Positions 1 through 19,464 are shown, counted from the first letter of the stretch. The stretch: DNA of 64,000 nt from the human T2T-CHM13v2.0 reference genome, Homo sapiens (GCF_009914755.1 NC_060929.1); one strand, 5' to 3'. Numbers and translations: made by a program. The notes: generated from the letters alone by a model not told the origin.

Positions 1-667
1 AGAAGTCTGCTCTAGGGGTGGAATCCTCATGGAGAATCTCTACTAAGACACTACAGAGGGGAAATGTGAGTTGGAGCCCCCACACAGAGTCCCCAGTGGG
101 ACACTGCTTGGTGGAGCTGTTGGAAGAGGGCCACTGTTCTCTAGACTACAGAATGGTAGATCCACCAACAGCTTGCACTGTTTGCCTGGAAAAGTGGCAG
201 ACACTCAACACCAGCCCTTGAAAGCAGCCAGAAAAGAAGCTGTACTCTGCAAAGCCACAGGGATGGAGCTTCCCAAGGCCATGAGAGCCACCTCTTGCAT
301 CACTGTCATCTGGATATGAAACATGGAGTCAACGATCATTTTGGAACTTTAAGGTTTAATGACTGCCCTATTGATTTCAGAATTACATGAGGCCTGTGGC
401 CCTTTCATTTTGACCAATTTCTCCTATTTGGAACAGATGTATTTACCCAATGCCTATACCCCCATTGTATCTAGAAAGTAGCTAACTTGCTTTAGATTTT
501 ACAGGCTCATAGGCAGACAGTACTTGCCTTATCTCTGATGAAACTTTGGACTTGGACTTTTGAGTTAAAGCTGGAATGAGTTAAGACTTTGGGGGACTGT
601 TGGGAAGGCATCATTGTGTTTTGAAATATGAGAAGGACATGCGATTTGGGAGTGGCCAGGGGTGGAA
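1..667 (+). mobile_element. ERVL-MaLR internal sequence (MST/THE1-int), 3' part; the element continues beyond the window start
   Basis: Colinear and similar to the THE1 internal region at ~12170-12845 (e.g. ccccacacagagt, tttaatgactgccc). Ends in the purine-rich gtggccaggggtggaa just before an LTR. Confidence 0.9.
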
Positions 668-1040
668 TAATATGTTTGGCTCTGTGTCCCCACCCAAATC
701 TCATGTTGAATTGCAATCCACAACGTTGAGTGAAGGACCTGGTGGGAAGTTATTGGATCATGGGGATGGATTTTCCCCTTACTGTTCTTGTGATAGTGGG
801 TGAGTGTTCATGAGATTTAAAAGTGCTTAGCACTTACCCATTCACTCTCTCCTGTGCCACCATGTAAAGATTGTGCCTGCTTCCCCTTCACCTTTTGCTA
901 TGATTGTAAGTTTCCTAAGGCCTCCTCAGAACCAGAAGCCCGTACAGCCTGCAAAACTGTGAGCTGATTAAACCTCTTTTCTTTATGAATTACCTAGTCT
1001 CAAGTATGTTGTTATGGAAGTATGAGGACTGACTAATACA
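668..1040 (+). mobile_element. MSTA-like MaLR 3' LTR
   Basis: Starts taatatgtttggctctgtgtccccacccaaatctcatgttgaattg and ends attaaacctcttttc...gactaataca, which are typical MST/THE1 termini. Confidence 0.85.
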
Positions 1041-1349
1041 GTAGCTATTCATTCAAATACATCTTTCATAATAGAATAAAATTAGCATTAATTTTGAGTT
1101 AAATTATTTGTTTTTGTGGAATTCTACCAAGCTTTCCTTTTCACTCACATCCCAGGGACTTCAAACAAGAGAAATTATTTATTCCTCACTCTTCATGTTC
1201 ATGTTGGGTAAACAGAAGATTCTCGTGCATGTATTTCTCCCTAGGATTCCAGGGAGCAGCACTATCTGGAAAGTTGTATCAGAGGAAAAGCTAGAGCATT
1301 GGTATTGTTATACCTTTACATCTACATAGTCAGTGTTGCTTACAGATAA

Positions 1350-6394
<5,045 letters not shown>

Positions 6395-8829
6395 TTTCAG
6401 ATTAGAGAGAAAGGTAAAGGAAGTCTTCATGGATTTTTATCTCTCTCTTTTTTTTTTATCTGAACAAGGTGAACTAATACCTTTGATTTTTCTCTCTAAT
6501 CTGAAATTCGCAAGAGGCATTATGTATCAGGTTCCTACTACATCTCTTGTGAAAATGGAGAATTATGAGCTGTACTGAGGAAACAGCAAAACTTTGGTTA
6601 AGTGAATTATATAATTAAATTCTGCATTCTGACACTCCATGAACTTATAGGATGTACTGTGTAGTTTACAGAAGAAAGAGCACTGAATTTATTTATGACA
6701 GATATGCACTTAAAACAGGAAGATTATATTTACTTCTACATAGCTATTACAACGTAATGAAAACCATAAAACTACATTACCTGAATTTCAAAGCTAGGAC
6801 ATATTTTCTCTTTCCTTGGCCTTACTGACCGCAGTGCTCTCCGCTGATCATGCAAGGATCATAGGTGAAGGCTGCAGTTTGGCTACTGTGAGCTTGACAT
6901 ATATTTTAGTAAGGTTTTATTTAATATTTTGTTCTACTTTTAAGTAGATTGATATAGAAAACAATAAAAATTTGTATGTTTGTTGGCAGAAACAAACCTA
7001 GGTTATGGCTGAAAACAAAGGTCACTTTTGTTTCTGTGGTCTGGGAGTGGTTGGGAAGGATAAAGAGTTGTTTCAAATAGTAGGTGCTCAGAAGAGGTCT
7101 GATCTTATGTACAGGTATTTAATACATCAATCATTGCTATCATTTTGCAGTGAAGAAGCAGGAATATAAATGACCTCTAATCTTCAGATTGCCTTTGTAC
7201 ATGACTGTATGTGGACCTTTAAAAATGTTGATATGGAGCATCCACAGTTACTTTTACCATGTAACTTTCCCAAGCGAAATAGTTTTAGACTGCTCATCTC
7301 CTATAGTAAATCTACTAGAGGGAAAGTTTTGGCAAGAAATGGACTTTCAGAAAACATGAACCATGTCTTTATTCAAGGCATGGGGAAATATGCCAGATGT
7401 CAAGTGTCCACTCCAATCAATTCAGCTTATTCCACCCATAATCACTTGCTTTTTATAGGGGATTTCTGACTCCTCCATAATGGCCCACTTGGATCAAGGC
7501 AATATTATTCAGGGATTTGACAACATGTGTAAACTCTTTTTGAATTAATTTTCAAAGTCTTTTGTGACTGGTGTCAATTTGGCAACAGCATTCTTTCATA
7601 TATTTAGGCTCAAGGTCTGGATTTTGAGGGTTGTTAATGTTAAGAATTTCCACTCCAACAATTTCCTTTCACTTTCCAGAAGACAGAGGTACTGTGAGTA
7701 TCTAGAATATTACAGTAAAAATGGGAGGAAACCTAAAAGTTTGGGGTTATGAGGTTAACTTTTCTACTCTGAAAAGAACTTTTAATAGCAATACAATTTG
7801 AAAGTAAGACTGAAGCTTAGAATCTGCCTCATTCAAGTCCTCAAAAACCTTACAGTAATAAAATGCTTTTCATATGTAAATGTGGCTCTTATTATAGAAT
7901 GTATCATTTATACTACAAAAAATCATCATATAGCTGCATTGTACAAGAAAAATAAATTAGCTAAAATGAAAACAAAATATTGGCTCAGGTTTTAAAATTC
8001 CTTCTAAAAATAATTTTTTATAAAAATTGAACTAAAGAAGTCAAGAAACATTTCACAACTTAATTTTACTTAGTGCCACCCTGAAGAACTCATGAAACTC
8101 ATGAAAGGACATCATACTCATGTTCACTGCATTGGATTGAGCACAGTATGATAAAAGCTAGGAAAATACAGCCCTTTTCTTATCAAAGCCTTTGGGGTTG
8201 TATCTAGGGGCCTTGTGAAGTTCTGTGACCCAATGTGTCAGGGAATCTTTTTTTTACTGGAGGCTGTGAGTGATGTTAGAACTTTGTAGAACAGAGGCAA
8301 TGGCCAGCAAGATAGTGCTTTAGACAGCATGGTGTCTTCTCTGTATTAGCAGTTCATGTTATAGGTACAGAGATCACTTATTTTTGTGGTAATCTGTAAA
8401 TGATTCTTTTAAAATTCTCGTTTTTTTTTTAAAGTTAAGATTAAACATAAAAAGTCATGCATACTTTGTTGTACAATGTATCAAACCCATAACCAGACGC
8501 ATTTGCAGGAGTCTATGATTGAAGCTTGGTTTTGAAAATTCAACTTCCTTTTTAGATATGCCTTTTATAAACTAATGCATTTAGTACAACATGTAATTTT
8601 TTTGTGTTAACAATATTGCCACCAGTTTTACATCTACAGGAAATCATTTCTTAGGGCCCTATTATTAAAGTCAAAAGTAACAAGTTTTAATGATAGTTAA
8701 TTTTATTTGTAGTACTATTATAAATTTTCTTAAGTTCATTCTCTTAAGTTTTTGTAACACATTCTGGCTAACTACTTTGACTGTATATACAAAGGAAAAT
8801 GAGGATTTGGTCAAGGGACCTTCCATTAA

Positions 8830-9145
<316 letters not shown>

Positions 9146-9920
9146 AAGAATTCTTTTATTCAAAAGACAGATTTTAACAAAAATTTAATTGGTGGTGGTG
9201 GCCACAGTGATACCATTTTGCTATGACGTTAGTGTTACCTAAGCAAACATACACAACTGATTTTTGCCAAAATGTTTCTCTACAATCATGCAGATTTTAT
9301 TACAATGTCTACTTAGTTTTTTATTTTATTTGACATAATAAGATTCAAGGCCAAACATAGCTCTATAAAATTAGGTGTTATTATCTTCGTGTTTGTTAAG
9401 TCAATTTTTTTCCTTAATATTACATAAAAACAATTAGGTTTTGAGGTTTAAATTTCTTTCTTTAATGGAAATGTTTATGGGGTTTATATATTTCCAAATA
9501 AAATATATAGTAATGGTGATGGTCCACATTTAAAAACATCCAAATTAACTATAGATATAGCTAGTTACCCCTAGTATGTTTAATGGTAAACCTATATTTT
9601 AGTTATAAATATTAAGTTTTTAGATAAGAATATTTGTTACATGAAATGCAAGAGGACAACCCTAGTTTTAGATATGTTGATAGTATAAACTAATTAGAGA
9701 CAAAATGCCTGGTTTTTACTACTGATATTCTGACTAGTTAGATTTCATGATTTCTCACCATCATCTGATTTCAATTACATATTTCAACTATATAAAAGAT
9801 ACTCAAAACAGATTTTAGTTAATGTCAATCTTGATGTCTTAAAGGTGATCGCATGTATTAAAAGATGGTGCACTCACATTCTAAAACAAGACCATCAATT
9901 TTTTTAGAATTATTATCCTA

Positions 9921-10974
9921 TTTTATTATTTTTTCTATTTAACTTTTATTTAAGGTTCAGGGGTACATGTGCAGGTTTGTTATATACGTAAACTCATGTT
10001 ACAGGAATTTGGGGTACAGTTTATTTCATCACAGTGCTCGATAGGTACTTTTTCTGATCCTTTCCTTCCTTTCACCCTCCACCCTCAAGTGGACGCCAGT
10101 GTCTCTTGTTCCCCTCTTTGTGTTCAAGTGTTCTTATTGTTTAGCTCCAACTTATAAGTGAGAACATGTAGTATTTTGTTTTCTGTTCCTGCATTAGTTC
10201 ACTTAGGAAAATGGCCTCCAGGTTCATCCATGTTCCTAAAAAGGACATGATCTTGTTTTGTCTTGTTTGTTTGTTTTGGTCTGCATTGTATTTCATGGTG
10301 TATATATGCCACATTTTCTTGATCCAATCTATTATTGATGGGCATTTAGGTTGATTACATGTCTTTGCTCTTTTGAATAGTGCTGCAGTGAGCATGTGTG
10401 CATGTGTCTTTATGGTAGAATGATTTATATTCCTTTGGGTATGTACCCAATAATGGGGTTGCTGGGTTTTATGGAAATTCTGTTTGTAGTTCTTTCAGGA
10501 ATTGCCACACTGCTTTCCACAGTGGTTGAACTAATTTGCACCCCCACCAGCAGTGTATAAGCATTCTCTTTTCCCCACAACCTCACCAGCATCTATTATT
10601 TCTTGACTTTTTATTAATAACCATTTTGACTGGTGTGAGATGGTATCTCATTGTGGTTTTGATTTGCATTTCTCTAATGATTAGTGACATTGAGTATTTT
10701 TTAATATGCTTGTTGACTGCATGTATGGCTTCTTTCAAGAAGTGTCTATTCATGTTCTTTGCCCACTTTTTAATGGATTTTTTTTTTTTTTTTTTTGGCT
10801 TGTTGATTTGTTTAAGTTCCTTACAGATTCTGGATATTAGCCCTTGTCAGATGCATAGTTTGCAAAAATTTTCTCCCATTCTGTAGGTTGTCTATTCACT
10901 CTGTTGATAGTTTCCTTTTCTTTGCAGAAGCTCTTTAATTAGATTGCATTTGTCAATTTTTGCTTTGGTTTCAA
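9921..10974 (-). mobile_element. L1PA15/16-like LINE-1, 3' segment (interrupted by THE1D)
   Basis: Older L1PA 3' UTR (ggttcaggggtacatgtgcaggtttgtta, caccctcaagt). ORF 10141-10395 matches the ORF2p C-terminus (QPKCPSIIDWIKKMWHIYTM). Confidence 0.9.
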
Positions 10975-13225
10975 TCTTGTGGTAGTGAGTTCTCACGAGA
11001 TCTGATGGTTTTCTGTGTTTGGTAGTTCCCCCTATATTCACTCTTCTTCCTGCCACCTTGTGAAAAAGGTACCTTGCTTCCCCTTCACCTTCTGCCATGA
11101 TAGTAAATTTCCTGAGGCCTCCCAAGCCATGCTAAACTTAGAGTCAATTAAACCTCTTTTCATTATAAATTACCCAGTCTCACGCAGTTCTTTATAGCAG
11201 TGTGAAAACAGACTACTACAGTAAATTGGTACTGAGGTAGTGGGGTGCTGGTATTTAGTTACCTGAAAATATAGTAGTGACTTTGGAAGTGGGTAACAGG
11301 CAGAAGTTGGAACAGCTTGGAGGGCTCAGAAGAAGGCAAGCAGATATGGACATGTTTGGAAATTCCGAGAGATTTTATGAATGGCTTTGACCAAAATGCT
11401 GATAGTAATGTGGACAATGAAGTCGAGGCTGAGGTGGTCTCAGATGGAGATAAGAAACTTGTTGGGAACTAGAATGAAGATGACCCTTGCTATGCCTTAG
11501 CAAAGAGACTGGCAGCATTTTGCCTATGCCCTAGAGATCTTTGGAATTTAGAACTTGAGAAAGATAATTTAGGTTGTCTGGTGGAAGAAATTTCTAAGTG
11601 GCAAAACATCCAAGAGTTGACCTGGGTGATCTTAAAAACACTTAGTTTTATGCATTCTCGAATAGATGGTTTGGAATTGGAAGTTTTATTTAAAAGGGAA
11701 GCAGAGCATGAAAGTTTGGAAATTTTGCCACCTGACAATGTGATAGAAAATAAAAATCCATTTTTCTGAGGAGAAATTCAAGCCAGCGGCAGAAATTTGC
11801 ATAAGTAACCAGGAGCCAAATGTTAATCACTAAGACAATGGGAAAAATGTCTCTAGTACATGACAGAGGTCTTCACAACAGCCTCTCCCATCACAAGCCC
11901 AGAGGCATAGGAAGGAAAAATGGTTTCATAGGTGAGGGCCAGGCCCTTGCTGCTCTGTGCAGCTTCAAGACATGGTGCCCTGCACCCCAGTCATGGCTAA
12001 AAGGGGCCAACATAGAGCTCAGTCCATTGCTTCAGAAGGTGCCAGTCCCAAGCTTTGGTGGCTTACACATGGTGTTGGGCCTGCAGGTGCACAGAAGTCA
12101 AGAATTGATGTTTGGGAACCTCCATCTAGATTTCAGAGGATTCATGGAAATGCCTGGATGGCCAGGCAGAAGTTTGCTACAAGGGTGGAGCCCTCACAAA
12201 GAATGTCTGCTAGGGCACTGCAGAAGAGAAATGTGGAACTGAAGTCCCCACACAGAGTTCCCAATGGGGCAATGCTTAGCGGAGCTGTGAGGAGAGGGCT
12301 ATTGTCCTCCAGACCCCAGGGTAGTAGATCTACTAACATCTTGCCCCATGCACCTGAAAAAGTAGCAGACACTCAACTCCAGCTCATAAAACCAGTCAGA
12401 AGGGGGGCTGTACTCTCTAAAACCACAGACGTGGAGCTGCTCAAGTCTGTGGGAGCCCACCTTTCACATCAGTCTGACCTAGATTTGAGACTTGGAATCA
12501 AAAAGATCATTTTGGAAATTTAAAGTTTAATGACTGCCCAGCTGGATTTTGGACTTGCATGGGACCTGCAGCCCCTTTGTTTTGGTTAATTTCTCTCATT
12601 TGGAATGGAAACATTTATCCAATGCCTGTACTCACATTGTATCTTGGAAGTAACTAACTTTTTTCTTTCTTTTTTTTTTTTCAGCCTCCTAAGCAGAAGG
12701 GATTTGCCTTGTCTCAGATGAGACTTTGGACTTTGACTTTGGGTTAATGCTGGAATGAATTAAGATTTTGGGAGACTGCTGAAGAGGCATGATTAGTTTT
12801 GAAATGTGAAACAGTCATGAGACTTGGAAGGGGCCAGTGGCAGAATAATATGGATAGGCTTTCTGTCCCCCCCCCCATATCTCATGTTGAATTATAATCC
12901 CCATAATCCTCATAGAAATCCTCATAGAAAGACCAGGTGGAGGTAATTGGATCATGGGGGTGGTTCCCCCATGCTGTTCTTGTGATAGTGAGTTCTCACG
13001 AGATATGATGGTTTTATAAGTGTTTGGTAGTTCCTCCTGCATTCACTCTTCTTCCTGACACCTTGTGAAGAAAGTGCCTTGCTTCCCCTTCACTTTCTGC
13101 CAAGATTGTAAGTTTCCTGAGGCCTGCCCAGCCATGCTGAACTGTGAGTCAATTAAACCTCTTTTCTTTATAAATCACCCAGTCTCAGGCAGTCCTTTAT
13201 AGCAGTGTGTAAACAGACTAATACA
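10975..13225 (+). mobile_element. THE1D-like MaLR element: 5'-truncated LTR (10975-11220), internal region (11221-12845), 3' LTR (12846-13225)
   Basis: Two direct-repeat LTRs end in gactactaca / gactaataca. The internal region starts gtaaattggta. The 3' LTR carries ccaggtggaggtaattggatcatggggg. The element sits inside an L1. Confidence 0.93.
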
Positions 13226-15343
13226 TTCATCTTGAGTTAATGTTTGTATGTGGTGTAAGGAAGTGGTCCAGTTTCAATAATCTGCACATGGCTAGTCAGT
13301 TATCTCAGCACCGTTTATTGATTAGGGAGTCCTTCCCTCAGTGCTTGTTTTTTGTCACCTTTGCCAAAGATCATATGGTTGCAGGTGTGCAGCGTTATTT
13401 CTAGGCTTTCTATTTGGTTCCACTGGTCTATATGTCTGTTTTTGTACCAATATCATACTTTTTTGGTTACTGTAGTCCTGTATTTGAAGTTGGGTGAAGT
13501 AATGCCTCTAGGTTTGTTCTTTTTGCTTAGGCTTGCCTCAGCTATTTAGGCTCTTTTCCGGTTCCTTGGGAATTTTAAAATAGTTTTCTAGTTCTGTGAA
13601 TAATGTCATTGGTAGTTTGATAGGAATGGCATTAAATATGTAAATTGCTTTGGGCAGTATGGCATTTTCATAATATTGATTCTTCCTATGCATGAGCATG
13701 GAATGTTTTTCCATTTGTTTGTGTCATCTCTGATTTACTTGAGCAGTGTTTTGTAGTTCTCCTTATAGAGATCTTTCAGCTCTCTAGTTAGCTGTATTCT
13801 TAGGCATTTTATTCTTTTTGTGGCAATTGTGAACAAGGTTGCGTTCCTGATTTGGCTCTTGGCTGGGATGTTTTTGGTGTATAAGAATGCTACTGATTTT
13901 GTATCCTGAAACTGCTGAAGTTGTTAATCAGCTTAAGGAGCTTTTGGGCAGAGACAATATGATTTTCTAGATATGGAATCATGTCATCTGCAGAAGGTAA
14001 TAGTTTGATTTCCTGTCTTCCTATTTGGATGTCTTTACTTCGTTCTCTTGCCTCATTGCTCTGGCCAGGATTTCCAATACTATGTTGAATAGGAGTGGTG
14101 AGATTTTCAAAAGCTTTCAACTTTTGTCTATTAGTATGAAATTGCCTGTGAATTGGTCATAGATGGCTCTTGTTATTTTGAAGTATGTTCTTTCAATGTC
14201 TAGTTTATTGAGAGTTTTTAATATGAAGTGATGTTGAATTTTATTAAAAGACTTTTCTGCATCTTTTGAGATAATCACGTGTTTTTGTCTTTACTTCTGT
14301 TCATGTGATGAATCACATTTATTGATTGGTATATGTTGAACAAACCTTGCATCCCAGGGGTTAAAGCCAACTTGATCATGGTGGATTAGCTTTTTGATGT
14401 GCTACTAGATTCAGTTTGTTAGTATTTTGTTGAGGATTTTTACATAGATGTTCATCAAGGATATTGGCCAGAAGTTTTCATTTTTTGCTGTCTCTCTCTC
14501 AGGTTTTGATATCAGGATAAAGCTGGCCACATAGAATGAGTTGGGGAGGATTCCCTCCTTTTCAATTTTTTGGAATAGTTTCACGAGGAATGGTAGCAGC
14601 TTTTCTTTGTATATCTGTTAGAATTCAACTGTGAACCTATCTGGTCCTGGACTTGTTTTTTTTCCCTTTTTTTGTCAGTAGGATGTTTATTACTGCCTCA
14701 ATTTCACAGCTCATTATTGGTCTATTCATAGATTCAGTTCCTTTTGGCTCAGTCTTGGGAGGGTGTATGTGTCCATGAAATTATCCGTTTCTTCTAGACT
14801 TTCTAGTTTGTGTGGATAAAGGTGTTCATAGTAGGCTCTGATGATTATTTGTATTCCTGTGGAGTCAATGGTCACATCTCCATTATCACTGCTATGTGCT
14901 TATTTGGATCTCTTCTCTTTTCTTCTTTATTAGTTAGTTAACAGTTTATCTTATTATTTTTTTCCAAATAACCAATTCCTGGATTCGTTGATCTTTCGTG
15001 TAGATTTTTTGTGTGTCTGAATCTTCTTCAGTTCAGCTTTGATTTTGGTTATTTCTTGTCTTCTGCTATCATTAGAAGTGATTTTCTCTTGCTTCTTCAA
15101 TTCTTCTAGGTGTGATGTTAGGTTGTTAATTTGAGATCTTTCTAGCTTTTTGATTTGGATGTTTAGTACTATAAATTTCCCTCTTAACATTGTCTTAACT
15201 GTGTCCCAGAGATTCTGATATGTTATATCCTTGTTCTCATTAACTTCAAATAACTCCTTGATTTCTGCCTTATTTTACTATTTATCCAAAAGTCATTTAG
15301 GAGCAGGTCATTTTATTTCCATGTTATTGTATGGTTTTGAGTG

Positions 15344-15386
<43 letters not shown>

Positions 15387-15485
15387 GATTTCTATTTTTA
15401 TTGTTCTGTGGTTCAAGAATGTGGTCGGTAGGATTTCCTATCTTATTGAATTTGCTGAGGATTGTTTTATGTACAATTATATAAC
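13226..15485 (-). mobile_element. Continuation of the L1PA15/16-like element (ORF2 remnant)
   Basis: Resumes in ORF2 (catcttgagttaatgtttgtatgtggtgtaagg). ORF 14954-15190 ([26 protein letters not shown]) matches ORF2p. Confidence 0.9.
15345..15385. repeat. (TG)n microsatellite, ~20 units
   Basis: Direct read of the tgtgtg run. Confidence 0.97.
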
Positions 15486-15509
15486 CAAATAATTTTTTTT
15501 ATAGTTTTA

Positions 15510-15810
15510 TTATGGGCTAGGCACTGGCTAGGTGCTAAAGGTTTATGAATAAATAAAATAAATTTTCTGATTTTGAAGAACTCACAGCCTAAGATGGACA
15601 TGTAAAATACTAATTGTAATATCCAGCATAAGAGCTGTAATGGAGAAACAAAATTATCTTTTTTATTGTCTAATGATAATTGATATTGAGTATTGATAAT
15701 TTCATATGAGCCATCCAAATAAAAAATGATAGAATATCAAAGAGGGTGATAAAAATTTGCTTATGTACAGTGACAAAGTTTAACAGAGAAGATATTGTTT
15801 AAGCAATTAT
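15510..15810 (-). mobile_element. L2 3' fragment
   Basis: ctaggcactggctaggtgct...gaactcacagcctaag resembles the antisense L2 3' end. Confidence 0.5.
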
Positions 15811-16430
15811 CTGTGTGACATTTTCTCCACTGTTTTCAACTAAGATCTGCCTATTCTTATAGAAGTACCACTCTACTTTATTACATGCAGCTCTATAATA
15901 TGTTTTAAATCCTGGGAAGGCAAGTTTCTTTTATATTGTCATATTTTGCTTCTCTTTTACCCCTCAAAAAATCCCATTGAGATTTTAGTTGGAATATATT
16001 GTTGTAATTTAGTTTATTTATAAACACCTCTTTTTTCGGTGCTCCACCTAGGAACATTGCATATTTCTCTACTTGCAAGTTTTATAGGCTTATTAACATT
16101 TTTCTAACTTATTTCTTATTAGGCATATGTCTAAGTATTTTATACCTTTGGTTTAAAGTATAAAATGACTCATTTCCCATATATTATCTATTGTCACTGT
16201 TGATAAATAAACTTGCATTATTTTCTAAGTATTTATCTTATATCCAGCTACTTTGTTAAATTTTCTTATGAATTGTAATAAATTTTGATCTGATATTCTT
16301 GGTCTTCCTAGGCATAGAAACATCCATTTCAGATAATTAAAAAATATATTTTTTGATTTTATTATTTACACTCTCTTTGTGTCTAGTGGTTTATTACATT
16401 GGTTATATATCCCAAGATAATATTTAAAAT
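15810..16430 (-). mobile_element. Ancient L1M ORF2 fragment
   Basis: Degenerate antisense L1 motifs (ttgagattttagttggaat, tatccagctactttgttaaatttt). Confidence 0.5.
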
Positions 16431-17059
16431 TTATTTTGTTTATATTCTTAGAGAGGTTTAGAATCAGGAAGCTATAGTCTCTGGAAAGGTATACAATGCA
16501 GATACTCTGTATTTACATTAAATGCTTGATTAAACTGAAACTAAGGATGTGTATTTTGAAAATATTATGTGAATATCTGATTATGTCTTACTTATTAGGC
16601 CGTGAGCTGAGGGATTACCAACAGGTAAGGGCCAATAACTCTTTATAGAAAAGCCCTGATTTAAAGATTTTCCCAAACACACAAGATTGACTTACAGCAT
16701 TAAATATGAAGTAATAAACTCCTTTCACATCTCTCCAGCTTTTCCAAATTTAAAAGAGCTTTCCTACACACAGTTCATTTTATTGTCACAATAATTCTGA
16801 CATATAAGAATGTTATTATATCTGCTATTATTGATAAAAGGTCTAAGATTCAGGGAGGTTAGGAATAGAACAGACTATATAATTCATCAGGGCCTTTCAT
16901 TTTCAATTAAATCATTTCATAAATTGGCAAATGTCATGTGGCCAGAGGTGGTAGCCTTGGTCTAAAAATTGTGATTATTTTAAATCTTTCATCAATTTTT
17001 CTTTCATTCATTTTATTGACTAAATCTAATGTTTGCCATATGTTGCAGATCTTTGAGAC

Positions 17060-18460
17060 ATATATGCATTCAGCCATTTAATGTTCATTGAGGACTTAAT
17101 CATTGCTATGTCCCAGAGACACACAGAAGCATCAGACATGACCTCAGCCTCAAGGAACTCAAATCTAACGGAAAAATATTATGTAAACAAATGATTACAA
17201 TTTAGTCAGGTAAATGGAAAGGGAATTTGGGTAAGACTACACCTGGAGACTCAGAAAGACTTTAGAGAGGAGTTGATTTTTGAAAAGTCTTGAATGAGCA
17301 ACAGGAGGTTTCTATATAGGCAAAAATGGAGGATGCATTATTGAAATGTGAATAGAATATGAGAAAGTGTAAAGTAGTGACTCTATAACATAACCAGGGA
17401 CAGCGACTACCAATGAAGAAAAAAGTGTAAAAAGTTCAGGGCCTTTTGTATGTACCCAATGCATTCTAATGTTGTCCAGTTATTAAGAGCAAGCCAACAA
17501 AGTTTTTTTTTAGTTTTTAATTTTCATGGGTACATTGTAGCTGCATATATTCATCTAACATATGAGATATTTTGATATAGGCATACAATACATATTAATC
17601 ACATCAGGGTAAATGGGGCATCCATCACCTTAAACATTTTTAATTTCTTTATGTTACAAATATTCCAATTATACTCTTAGTTATTTAAAAATGTACAATA
17701 AATTATTGTTGACTGTAGTCACCTAGCTGTGCTATTAAATATTAGGGCTTATTCTATCTAACTTTATTTGTGTACTGATCAACATTTTTTGAATAAGGAG
17801 AAGACAGTATCCATTTCATATGTATGAAAGATAATTCTGGTATGAGGCAAATGTTGGGAGAAGAGATTGATGTGCAGAGAAGATATGGAGACAGATCTTT
17901 TAGAAGATTGCTGCACTACCACCTTAGGTAGAGATGATAAGATTTTGAACATAAACACACTAGGGAAGGCATATTCAGACTATATTTCTAAAGCAAAATT
18001 ATGATTCACTGGATAAGAGAAGGTTGAAGATTAGGCTGATGTTTCCAGCCATTGAGTAGGGGATTTTGCCCTTATTCAACTACAAAAAAGGGATGAATTG
18101 GTGTTAGCAGAGTAATTGGTTTGTAGGGAAAAACAAGGCCTTCATTTTATGACAGAGTTTGACTTACCCATGTTCAGTCATATACAGAAATTCAATAAAC
18201 AGTTGGAAATATATGCTTAGAGTTCAGTAAATCTGAGTTGGAGATAAAACTATAACAATAGTGAGTAAATAAAGTAAAAAACAAACCAAGGATGTACTCC
18301 TTGGTAATACCAGTATTGAAAAGGAAAATGTAGAATAAAAAGTAAGCAAAAGGTAATAAGAATGAATGGATTAAAAAGTAAGAAGGAAATAGGAGAGAAT
18401 GAGGTCATAGTAATCAAAGAAGGAGAGTTTAGAAAAGGGAGACATTCGGTGTAATTCAAC
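17060..18460 (-). mobile_element. Degenerate L2 segment, interrupted by an L1MA fragment
   Basis: cattcagccatttaatgttcattgag..., cctcaaggaactc, and gagtttgacttacccatg...cagttggaaatata fit antisense L2. Confidence 0.55.
17502..17780 (-). mobile_element. L1MA 3' end fragment
   Basis: T tract, then gggtacattgtag, aatcacatcagggtaaatggggcatccatcacc and aattattgttgactgtagtcacc. Confidence 0.8.
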
Positions 18461-19464
18461 ATTTATTCCTGATAAAAACTTTTTAGTAAATTTGGAAGAC
18501 TAGAATGAGGCTTCTTTAATGTGATAAAGATTTTTATATCAAACCAACAGTGAACAACGTTCACATTCCAGGAAATATTGAGTTACTCTCCCAACCTGAG
18601 AACCACAGAAGGATGCCTCATGTGCTGAATTATCTCATAACAACTTGACAGCTATCTCCACTAGGTACTGAGGTCTACTTTGCGTACTGCCTAGGAGAAG
18701 TCAGGAACTACAAATCCCAGAATCCCCTTCTTTATATGGGTCTGGGTTAGAGATTATAAATGAGAGGCATTCAAGTGAGATTTGCAGGGTGGAAAGGAAT
18801 GAGAGACTCTTTGTCCCAGAAGAAATTGCGGTCGTAGGCATAGAAAAAGAGAAAATTTCAACAAAAATCTGTTTTTAGATGAAAAGGCAATAATAAAGAC
18901 ATAAAATCTTCAGAACAGAATTTCTGCAACAAAATATCTTAGGCATATGTAGGGGTAGGAGAAAAATAATTTCATAAAGTAACACTCACGTGGAAAAGTA
19001 AATTGGTAAATGTAGTCAATAAAGAATTCAAAGAAAAATGAGACAAACTTTTGTGAGATAACAAAGAATACTTAGGGAAATACTTCTATATACTGTTTTA
19101 AAACAGTAATACTTGCCAAAAAATAGAATATAATAAAATGCTCCCCAAGACAGACTCAGATACTTAATAAATTATAATGTTAAAGTGGTGGTATTTCAAA
19201 CTAGTGGAACAAGAATAATTAATCTATAAATAATGTTGGGCATTTAGACAAATCTATAAAATGAGGTGAAATCTCTCTCTCATATCATACACTAAAATAA
19301 TTGGACATAAATTTAACAGTTGAATATAAAATATAAAGTAATGCAATGATAAAAAGTCAATTAAAATAAGGTTTTCTTAAAGAAAATTGAGGTTAGATGG
19401 CCCTTTTAAGCAAAAGAACAAAAAAAAATGACAGCTGTTCGCTCAGCAGTTTTTTTTTATTTCA

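Noticed and set aside
7660-7700. Possible micro-exon: tttcctttcactttccag|aagacagaggtact|gtgagt
   Set aside because: Splice-like signals occur often by chance in 64 kb, and no partner exons or transcript evidence are visible. It would need RNA-seq junction reads.
11957-12523. 188-aa ORF, the longest in the window, and the related ORF at 71-319
   Set aside because: These are fragments of the decayed MaLR internal reading frame, broken by stops and frameshifts. There is no sign of a domesticated gene.
16575-16630. Possible 26-nt exon ending in cag|gtaagg
   Set aside because: The donor is good but the acceptor is weak, and there is no supporting gene structure.
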